Shown: positions 9,301-16,440 of the stretch, piece after piece
How the letters are laid out: each line of letters opens with the position of its first letter
Position numbering within the stretch: the first letter of the stretch is position 1
Source: Campylobacterales bacterium
Lineage (GTDB): Bacteria > Campylobacterota > Campylobacteria > Campylobacterales > UBA6016
Assembly: GCA_041915365.1 (NCBI GenBank)
Contig: JAYSBP010000012.1
Coordinates: forward strand, 843-64,842
Direction of reading: 5' to 3'
Length of the DNA stretch: 64,000 nucleotides
Program-made: the position numbers and the translations under genes
Notes under the pieces: model-generated
The model's database searches: none
What the model was told of the DNA's origin: nothing
Seen by the model: the letters and a program-made list of their open reading frames with translations, nothing else

Positions 9301-10299
9301 TCATTTATCTGCTATTTCGTAAAGCTTTGAGACGGCCTCATTTTCATCCTCATAATACACTTCAAAATCAAATTTTGCCGTCTTTTTGTACACCTTGTCG
9401 TAATACTCCACCAGCAGTACCTCAGCGGCGGCGGACATATCTTTTGCCTCGTAAGATGCTATCGCTTTCTCTTTTGCGACACGGGAAATGTATGGCGTTA
9501 TCTTTTCCATGCAAAAATAAAAATACTCCTCGCTTATCCTCTCATACATCCGCACAATTCTCTTCACACGCTCGCTCAAAGAGGTATCTATGCGTACCTG
9601 CAAACCCTCATCCATCATCTCATACAGACGGTGCGGGAGCATCACGGAGCCTATGCGTACACTCTCCCCCTCTATAAAAACAGGTCGTGAACGGTCTATG
9701 GATAGCAAGGCAGCGACAAGGCGGTTTTGAAACTCTTTTTGGCTCGGTTGTGAGCCGTTGACCGCCCCAAAAACAGAACCGTAATGGTTTGCCATCCCCT
9801 CTAAATCTATCACGTTGTCAAGCGCTTTTAATATGTCGCTTTTACCACATCCCGTGTAGCCTCTTAGGGTTATAAAATTGATTTTTTCAAACGAGTTTAG
9901 ATACTCGACTACAAACTTTCGGTATGACTTGTAGCCGCCATCTATTTTGTCTATCCTGTATCCAATACTGGAAAAAATAGTTGCTAGCGACGATGAGCGC
10001 ATCCCGCCTCTAGCGCAGTATATGGCTATTTTTGCCTTTGGCGTATAAGCCGGATATAATGTTTTGATGTGTTTTTCGGCGTTTAGGCACACGTATCCAG
10101 CGCCCCTCACTCTCGCCTCAAAAGGGGATATTTGCTTATATATAGTCCCGACTTCTCTGTGCTCCTCATCGCTAAGCGCATATAGATTTATAGCTCCAGG
10201 CACATGAGACTCTGCGTACTCTTTTGGGCTTCTAGCATCTATGATGAGGTCGTATCCGGACAAATCACCGTTTAATTTTTCGATATTTACAACGTTCAT
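9301..10299 (-). CDS. selU: tRNA 2-selenouridine synthase (rhodanese plus P-loop)
   Basis: N-terminal rhodanese domain (IDARSPKEYAESHVPGAINL, CARGGMRS) followed by the P-loop GYTGCGKS. This is the MnmH/YbbB architecture. Confidence 0.8.
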   Translation of the reverse strand: MNVVNIEKLNGDLSGYDLIIDARSPKEYAESHVPGAINLYALSDEEHREVGTIYKQISPFEARVRGAGYVCLNAEKHIKTLYPAYTPKAKIAIYCARGGMRSSSLATIFSSIGYRIDKIDGGYKSYRKFVVEYLNSFEKINFITLRGYTGCGKSDILKALDNVIDLEGMANHYGSVFGAVNGSQPSQKEFQNRLVAALLSIDRSRPVFIEGESVRIGSVMLPHRLYEMMDEGLQVRIDTSLSERVKRIVRMYERISEEYFYFCMEKITPYISRVAKEKAIASYEAKDMSAAAEVLLVEYYDKVYKKTAKFDFEVYYEDENEAVSKLYEIADK

Positions 10300-10316
10300 G
10301 ATTTCAAGCCGCCCAG

Positions 10317-10694
10317 CTAAACTATATTATAAAGAGGGCTTAACGTCTTAACAATCGTATTGTGAACTTTTCGTATCGTATCTGTGTCTAGCTCGCCTAT
10401 TTTTTTAACAAATCTATCATGAGAGAAATTTTTAATTTGAAAGCAGTCGATTGTAGATGTTTTCGACAGTCCATTTGCGGCGCTATTTTCTAGCCTAATC
10501 ATCCACGGATAAGAGCCGTACTGCGCCGACCACTCCGTAATAGGAACGACAGTCTTTAGAGGCAGCTTTCCTATTTCATCAGCGCTCACTACCACCGCAG
10601 GTCTTTGCTTGGCTATTTCACTACCGATTTTGGGGAAGAACTCCACAAGCCAAATCTCACCTTGTCTAATATTCATAAAGGCCGCCATCATCAT
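10317..10694 (-). CDS. mazF: MazF/PemK-family type II toxin (endoribonuclease)
   Basis: RQGEIWLVEFFPKIGSEIAKQRPAVVVS is the canonical PemK/MazF N-terminal motif. It overlaps the upstream antitoxin gene. Confidence 0.8.
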   Translation of the reverse strand: MMMAAFMNIRQGEIWLVEFFPKIGSEIAKQRPAVVVSADEIGKLPLKTVVPITEWSAQYGSYPWMIRLENSAANGLSKTSTIDCFQIKNFSHDRFVKKIGELDTDTIRKVHNTIVKTLSPLYNIV

Positions 10695-10914
10695 TCCAAA
10701 TTTCTTTCATATCGGCAGTATATTTCTTATCTTTTGCGGCGGTATCGGCCGCCATCCTCCACCTCTCTAGCTCTTTTTGCTGCACATAGCTCTTTACAGC
10801 ATCATTGTATATAGTAGAGAGTGAGACTTTGAGCTCATCTTTTAGCTGCATCACCTGATTTTTTAGCTCTACAGGCATATTAAAGGTTATTTTCTCGGTG
10901 TTAGAATTGACCAT
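10666..10914 (-). CDS. cognate antitoxin (MazE-like position)
   Basis: 82 aa that overlaps the mazF start. The tail is acidic and aromatic (WNDDGGLYEY), as expected for an antitoxin that inserts into the toxin. Confidence 0.6.
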   Translation of the reverse strand: MVNSNTEKITFNMPVELKNQVMQLKDELKVSLSTIYNDAVKSYVQQKELERWRMAADTAAKDKKYTADMKEIWNDDGGLYEY

Positions 10915-10984
10915 AATAAACTCCCGTATGTTTTTGCCGTATTATAGCTAAGTATATTTGTATTTTCAAAAGAATTCCGTATCG

Positions 10985-11863
10985 CTACTTGCTTGACAGA
11001 TAAGCGTTCAAGACAGCATCTAGCTTTTCGCACAAACTATTAGGAGATATGATTTTGATATGGGGAAGCCAATATTTTACAATGTTTAGTATCTCGTCTT
11101 CGTATGATACTTTTGTGTACAGCATCAGATGTTTATCCGTATGGGATATGACAACTTGATGCGGCAAAAGCTTTCTTCTCAAAAAATATTCAGCCACCGT
11201 ATTGTCTATCTCTAGTGTAGCTTCTATTTCTGTTTGCGAAATCCAGTCTGCCCCACTCTTTTCTATAGTCTCTATAAAATCAGAGCTTGGATTGAAAGTC
11301 TTTTCAAGCACTTTCAAATCAGCCATCTTTGAAAAGCTAAAGTTTTTGAGGGTTCCGTCTTCATCTGCCACTAGATACCAAATAGCATTTTTATTGACTA
11401 GCTTGTATGGTAGCAACATTCTAGGCTTGTCTTTGTAAGTACACGCTATTTGCTTGTTTTGGAGTATGGCGACGCTAATAGCTTCAAAATCATCTTGCTT
11501 TGATGTTATGTTTTCATAACCATATTCTTTGATGAGATATACAGAGTTGATTTTTGTGTTCAAAATATCAGCTATAAAATCATCGGTAAGCGACGGATAT
11601 AGTGATTTTATGCCACTTATCGTGGCAAAGTTTTTTATATCATTGTACGTCAGCTTGCCCAGTGCGTATGACTCCAAAGAGTAGTAGCCATTTTCCTTTT
11701 TTATCGGTAGATATGAGAGTCTGTTGTTCAAGTCTCGCTGAATAGTTCTCTTATCCACGCTAAACTCTTCGCAAAGCTCATCTGCGGTAAATCTCTCACC
11801 GGAGTTGAATTTCACAAGTATCATAGCTAGTCTAGTGGCTATTGTATCATGTGATTTTTTCAT
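10985..11863 (-). CDS. HTH-WYL-WCX transcriptional regulator (BrxR/CapW/PafBC-like)
   Basis: N-terminal HTH (FTADELCEEFSVDKRTIQRDLN), a central WYL domain (NAIWYLVADEDGTLKNFSFSKM) and a C-terminal WCX-like end (ILNIVKYWLPHIKIISPNSL). Confidence 0.8.
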   Translation of the reverse strand: MKKSHDTIATRLAMILVKFNSGERFTADELCEEFSVDKRTIQRDLNNRLSYLPIKKENGYYSLESYALGKLTYNDIKNFATISGIKSLYPSLTDDFIADILNTKINSVYLIKEYGYENITSKQDDFEAISVAILQNKQIACTYKDKPRMLLPYKLVNKNAIWYLVADEDGTLKNFSFSKMADLKVLEKTFNPSSDFIETIEKSGADWISQTEIEATLEIDNTVAEYFLRRKLLPHQVVISHTDKHLMLYTKVSYEDEILNIVKYWLPHIKIISPNSLCEKLDAVLNAYLSSK

Positions 11864-11909
11864 TGTTTTGTCACGCTAGCACCATATTTAGCATGCCATA
11901 TAAAATATT

Positions 11910-13628
11910 CTAGGCAATATGTAGCTCCTTATTTGTACTCAATAGGTGCAAAAAATCATCTGTAGATTTTATTTGCAAATCTATCTGCATAAAATTAGCC
12001 ATCTCGTAAACTGACTCATTGACATCTAAATTTTTTTCAATAGCATTTTGCATATTTTCAGCTATTTTTTTAAACTGTAATTTTTGTTTAGCCAAAACCT
12101 CTAAGGATGTTTTCTCAAAAATATCAGTGTTTTCTTTGATGGCTTGTATTCTTAGCTCAAAAACTTCTTTTACTCTCATCATTCTTTTTTCAGCTTTAAC
12201 TGAAAATAAATCGGCTTGGTCTATGAGCCATACAATGACCGTAGAGGCTACTCCAGTAAGTATAATCATGATAACATCTTTTAAAAACTCAAACGGGGTT
12301 CCTGTCATAAAACCAAGTATTGATTCCTCAAAATAAGCTCCGAGAAAAGTTATGGCGGTTGTTGCCAGTAATTTTGTAATAGCGTCAGCTTTTTGCAGTG
12401 GTGTTATTTTGTCTTCCATCAAAATGTTCACAGCTCCAACAATAGCCGAGAAGCCTTGTGTAATAACTTGTAAAATTTTTTTAACTAATCCAATAAAAGC
12501 ATTTACTATCCCATTTATTATCATAATTACAAAACTTTGTAAAAAATCTTTTATACTGTCAAATAGAGTTCCGACTGCACTCTTCAAAATATAATCCTTA
12601 ACTCTTTTGATTCTTAGCGTAAAAGCTTCAATTTTGTCACTAATATCAAATCCATACAAAATACCATTTTTAAAAATATCACTAAACTCATAATACAGCG
12701 GCTTAATAATTAAAATTATTACTTCGCCCATGGCCTTATCTTTGCTACTATCAATAGTCTGCTTACCAGCGTCATTTACAAGTTTACTTTCGCCTTGTAG
12801 CACATTTCCAACATCACTTACTAAATTTTCTCCAACCTTTTGATTTAATTCTTTTTCAACAATTTTTGTTGCTTCTTTTTCTTTTTCAACCATTGTTTGC
12901 TTGGTTGCCTCATTTTGTTGATTAGATATTGTATTTTTTCCATCACTTACAGCTTCGATATTTGTCTTCCCGCCTTTGCTTTGGTTGAGGCTCCCATTCG
13001 TAACTGCTAAATTTGAATCCTTATTGAGTATTTCTTTAAAATCTTTGTCATCTAAAAACTTTGATGTGCCATATTCTTTAACGGCATGTACCAAAGGTAC
13101 AATATGATCTGGCTGTGGTCGATTAGTTGCAACATCATTCCCTGTGTACTCGTCTTTGCCACCATTTTTTAGATGCTCTTCCTTATATTTCTCCATTGCT
13201 TGTTTGTTTTCAACTTTGGATCGGGGAATTTTTCTATCTTTGATTGTGTTTTTTTCAGTGTCATTCAGGTCAGCCTTATCTTGTCTTTCATCTCGTTTTG
13301 AGCTGTGAACTTCTTCATAGCTAAAACTTTTAATTTCATCTACTAGCCTAGAGGCCGTTATGCCAGTTTTTGCCAATCCCAGCTTCGGATGTTTTACAAG
13401 TCCATCCGCAATATTAAAAAATACAGGAGTCACCAACTCGTCTACTACATCTTGCTTGCTTTCAAACTCTTCATAAATCTGATTTAACACTTCAAGCGAC
13501 GACTGTTGGTCATACAACTCATACTCTATAAGTTTTTTACTCATTTTTAATGGCGATGTGTTGTTGAGGTCATTTAGCATTTCATCAAAAGAAAGTTCTT
13601 TGATTTTATATTTTTCATTATTACTCAT
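11910..13628 (-). CDS. HNH nuclease (Cas9/McrA-type core) fused to a C-terminal multi-helix membrane domain and coiled coil
   Basis: Residues about 171-222 (PQPDHIVPLVHAVKEYGTSKFLDDKDFKEILNKDSNLAVTNGSLNQSKGGK) align with the HNH core D-H-I-V-P...N...N-x-x-K-G. Residues about 300-470 contain four long hydrophobic segments, for example FVIMIINGIVNAFIGLV and VIMIILTGVASTVIVWLI. Confidence 0.6.
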   Translation of the reverse strand: MSNNEKYKIKELSFDEMLNDLNNTSPLKMSKKLIEYELYDQQSSLEVLNQIYEEFESKQDVVDELVTPVFFNIADGLVKHPKLGLAKTGITASRLVDEIKSFSYEEVHSSKRDERQDKADLNDTEKNTIKDRKIPRSKVENKQAMEKYKEEHLKNGGKDEYTGNDVATNRPQPDHIVPLVHAVKEYGTSKFLDDKDFKEILNKDSNLAVTNGSLNQSKGGKTNIEAVSDGKNTISNQQNEATKQTMVEKEKEATKIVEKELNQKVGENLVSDVGNVLQGESKLVNDAGKQTIDSSKDKAMGEVIILIIKPLYYEFSDIFKNGILYGFDISDKIEAFTLRIKRVKDYILKSAVGTLFDSIKDFLQSFVIMIINGIVNAFIGLVKKILQVITQGFSAIVGAVNILMEDKITPLQKADAITKLLATTAITFLGAYFEESILGFMTGTPFEFLKDVIMIILTGVASTVIVWLIDQADLFSVKAEKRMMRVKEVFELRIQAIKENTDIFEKTSLEVLAKQKLQFKKIAENMQNAIEKNLDVNESVYEMANFMQIDLQIKSTDDFLHLLSTNKELHIA

Positions 13629-13640
13629 TGCATATTATCC

Positions 13641-14579
13641 TCATGCGGCTAGTAGTTGTGCATTGCCAACTAAATCTTTGATGTTATTGACAGTTTCCAA
13701 ATCCTCTTTTTTGAACTCTCCCTCATCGGTCAAGTATCCCATCGTAGCCATTTGTTTTAGTACAATTGACAGGTTAAATAGCGCTTGAAACTCTTCAATG
13801 TGTGCTATCGGCATAAGTTTAAAATCTAGTTTTCCATCAACTAGCTCTATGCCTTTTAGTAGATTTTTTTGAGTTTGCGATTTGATGCCATATTCAAATC
13901 TTGAAAGAAGTTTTTCGTAGTTACAAATAAGTACCGAGAAATACTCTTCAACACTTTCAATAGATTTTATTGTTGCTGTCATTTTTACTATTTGAGATTT
14001 CATTTTCTGCATTTCTTCGTTTACTCTAATCTGCTCTTCTTTAACCATACAAAGACTTTCAGAGGCTAGCTTCCTAGTGGAAAAGCCCAAAGTTAAAATA
14101 CCAAATGCTATTGTTGAAAAGCCCAAATTATTAAAATCTATACTGAATACTTCTTTTTTCCCTCTAACTCCAGATGTGGTTTTAATATCAAGTATGGAGC
14201 TATCAAAATACTCTAAAAAATTTTCTCCATCGATGGTGAGATTATGAAGATGTTTTGCAAGATTTATAAATCTGGCAAAATGATTTTGGTAAATATCAGT
14301 TTTGTGATAATTTATTGAACTAATTATTATTTCTATTTTTTTAGAAGCAGCGTCTACTTCTTCTTCATAAGTCTTTTTTGAATCGTTGTATTTTTGCTCC
14401 ATCGACTCATATAGCCTTTCAGCTTCATCAAAATCTATCCTGCCAGTAAAACCATTCCAGCATTTTGCACCACCAGTTACAACATAATCGACACCATCAG
14501 ACACTTTATCTGCAATAAAACTTACACTATCCACAACACAATCAAGGAGACCACCTATATCAAAACCAAGCATATCCAA
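13641..14579 (-). CDS. coiled-coil protein with a central hydrophobic hairpin, unknown function
   Basis: 312 aa. TTG at 14579, or ATG at 14573 with an AAGGA RBS. Long heptad-like helices surround a hydrophobic stretch FSTIAFGILTLGF. The gap to the next gene is 12 nt. Confidence 0.5.
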   Translation of the reverse strand: MDMLGFDIGGLLDCVVDSVSFIADKVSDGVDYVVTGGAKCWNGFTGRIDFDEAERLYESMEQKYNDSKKTYEEEVDAASKKIEIIISSINYHKTDIYQNHFARFINLAKHLHNLTIDGENFLEYFDSSILDIKTTSGVRGKKEVFSIDFNNLGFSTIAFGILTLGFSTRKLASESLCMVKEEQIRVNEEMQKMKSQIVKMTATIKSIESVEEYFSVLICNYEKLLSRFEYGIKSQTQKNLLKGIELVDGKLDFKLMPIAHIEEFQALFNLSIVLKQMATMGYLTDEGEFKKEDLETVNNIKDLVGNAQLLAA

Positions 14580-14584
14580 TCCTT

Positions 14585-14983
14585 TTATTTTATAAGCTCA
14601 TAGCCATATTGTACGATTTTGTTCATAGCCTGAACCCACTTGTATATATTGCCAAATTCAAGCTCTTGAATATCAAACTCTTTGGCTAAATCTTTTATAA
14701 ATTTTTGCTCATTGTCACAGAATTTATTATCAGCCAATAAAATACCCAACAATTCAATCAGCACAATTTTTTTTACTCTTTGTGGCGAGCTTCTCAGATT
14801 ATTTATTACTGTTTTAATATCTTTTTGTTTGGATATCTTATAATCAAGCAATTGACACTCATACGTATAACTATCAAATACATCCTGTTCTTCTTGCGTA
14901 TGTATTCCATCCACCCCTATCGCATAAAATGCCAACTCTAAGAAATCTGTTTGTTCTTGTTTTGATAGCATATTTAAATACAT
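14585..14983 (-). CDS. TerB-like domain protein
   Basis: 132 aa with two helical repeats showing the TerB/DjlA-N pattern: LELAFYAIGVDGIHTQEEQDVF and LLGILLADNKFCDNEQKFIKDLAKEF. A perfect AAGGAGG RBS sits inside the 3' end of the upstream gene. Confidence 0.5.
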   Translation of the reverse strand: MYLNMLSKQEQTDFLELAFYAIGVDGIHTQEEQDVFDSYTYECQLLDYKISKQKDIKTVINNLRSSPQRVKKIVLIELLGILLADNKFCDNEQKFIKDLAKEFDIQELEFGNIYKWVQAMNKIVQYGYELIK

Positions 14984-15531
14984 TTTACCTCCTTGTAGTT
15001 TGTCTCTTTTCTGCCGTCAAGCTTTCCATCTTCGCCATAAATGTACTCTATTTTTTTGGCTATCTCATCAGCCTCATCATATTCATACTCAAAAGAAATT
15101 TCTCCGCCAAGTCCATACTCAATACCTCTAGCAAGCCTGTCATCTTCATACTCCATTGCATATCTCAAGACACCGCCACTATATGTTTGTGTGGAGGATT
15201 TTCTTCCAAATTCATCATAAGAGACTTGCGTCACTTCACCGCTGTGCTTGTCGGTAATTTTCACTATTTTACAGTATCCAAATTGTTGCACAAAATGCTC
15301 ATTCTCGCAAATATTTTCTTTGCAATTAGCTACTTCGTTGCTTGTATTTAGTAGATTATCTAACTTTAAATACTTAATAGCACACTGCAACTGTTGGATT
15401 TTATTGTTAAAACTTACTTCTATTCGAGCATTTGAATTTTCAATTGCTTCCAAAATCTTTTTGAGTCCCCAAACAATAATGACTAAAATAATTACCAATA
15501 GAATTGTCACAACATCAAAACCCATTTTCAC
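14974..15531 (-). CDS. N-terminally membrane-anchored protein with YD/RHS-like short repeats
   Basis: TM helix VVTILLVIILVIIVWGL, then a coiled segment, then repeats VSYDEFGRKSSTQTY / EYEDDRLARGIEY / EYEYDEADEIAKKIEY / YIYGEDGKL resembling Y-x-Y-D-x-x-G-R. GTG at 15531. ATG at 15525 sits behind a GGGGGGAG RBS and is the likelier start. Confidence 0.5.
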   Translation of the reverse strand: MKMGFDVVTILLVIILVIIVWGLKKILEAIENSNARIEVSFNNKIQQLQCAIKYLKLDNLLNTSNEVANCKENICENEHFVQQFGYCKIVKITDKHSGEVTQVSYDEFGRKSSTQTYSGGVLRYAMEYEDDRLARGIEYGLGGEISFEYEYDEADEIAKKIEYIYGEDGKLDGRKETNYKEVKCI

Positions 15532-15598
15532 TCCCCCCTTTTCTTCATATTTAAAATTAACATTCTTGCACCCTACATCTTAAACATTTTTTACATTA

Positions 15599-15787
15599 TC
15601 AACAAAAGTAAATTTTGCCACCAAAAATATTACAAAATATATCACCATCAACGCTCTCATCGGCACAGGGGCAACCACAAAAATCATAATCAACACAACG
15701 GCGGAAAGGGTTTTGTTGATTATTTCCCATGCAAATCCCGCCACATACACCAAATGTAAAGATGAATGTTTCGATTAAAAGTATCAT
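15599..15787 (-). CDS. small cysteine-rich peptide with a hydrophobic N-terminus
   Basis: 62 aa with 8 Cys, including CGGIC and CGCPC. It starts 2 nt after the upstream gene's stop and exactly fills the inter-gene space. Confidence 0.4.
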   Translation of the reverse strand: MILLIETFIFTFGVCGGICMGNNQQNPFRRCVDYDFCGCPCADESVDGDIFCNIFGGKIYFC

Positions 15788-15789
15788 CG

Positions 15790-16320
15790 CTATTCTCTTG
15801 TGTTTGTCAGCATATTTAGCTTTCGAAAAGTAATATTTGCCATCTTACTAATGCTTATACCGTCGAGTGTCAAAGCTACTTGACAGGCTTCATGCATAGC
15901 GTTGTCCAACTCTCTCATCTGCACTGCTTTTTCAATATCCTCATCACTGAGCTGTTCCATATCATCTACTCCACAAAATACGCTCTCCAGTTCGCCAAGC
16001 AGTTTATATTGGGATTCTTGCGCCAATGTAAGTATCTGACAAAATTCATTTAGCTTTTCATTGTTTTCTGTGGTATCTAGGATATCTGGCTTGCCTTTTA
16101 TGTCGTCTGCATGCAATCGTGGTGTTGATTGCAGGTTTTTTATTGACCTATATAGCCACCCCGTCTCTTGAAAAAGTGTATTATGCAGCTCTTCTTTGAT
16201 TTTGTTAATATCATCAAGTGCCGTATCAGACTCATAAATATCATCATGCTCAAAGTATTTTTTAACTCCATACCCAGTTGCCGCCAACGCAACTCCACCC
16301 AATACAAATGGCAACATCAC
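15790..16320 (-). CDS. N-terminally membrane-anchored acidic helical protein, unknown function
   Basis: 176 aa. Glycine-rich TM helix LPFVLGGVALAATGYGV, then an acidic helical region. AAGGAG RBS upstream. GTG at 16320 or ATG at 16317. Confidence 0.5.
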   Translation of the reverse strand: MMLPFVLGGVALAATGYGVKKYFEHDDIYESDTALDDINKIKEELHNTLFQETGWLYRSIKNLQSTPRLHADDIKGKPDILDTTENNEKLNEFCQILTLAQESQYKLLGELESVFCGVDDMEQLSDEDIEKAVQMRELDNAMHEACQVALTLDGISISKMANITFRKLNMLTNTRE

Positions 16321-16440
16321 AATCTCCTTTTTATAATTTCAGCGTGAAGTTTAGCGGGACTAGGTGACAGGTGGCGTCGTATGAAAAAATAAAAAGTAGA
16401 TTATTTATGTTGGGTATTTTGTGAGGCTATAGTGGAAAAG

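Noticed and set aside
15533-15538. A C6 (G6 on the coding strand) homopolymer in the RBS region of the 185-aa island gene, considered as a phase-variation tract. Also a T9/A9 run at about 30794-30802 inside the cbiO-like gene.
   Set aside because: Campylobacter phase-variable tracts are typically poly-G/C of 8 or more. Six residues is too short, and poly-A/T runs of 9 are common in AT-rich coding sequence.
14929-15583. Plus-strand ORFs of 140 aa and 111 aa antisense to the island genes.
   Set aside because: They are Phe/Leu/Ile-rich translations of the complement of AT-rich coding sequence. They have no RBS, and they overlap genes that have strong SD sites and operon-like spacing.
16321-16440. 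The island's right border, compared with 10915-10984, searched for att-like direct repeats or a tRNA.
   Set aside because: Only trivial AT-rich similarities of 8 nt or less were seen by eye. There is no tRNA-like structure and no integrase nearby. A computational repeat search is needed before claiming any insertion scars.
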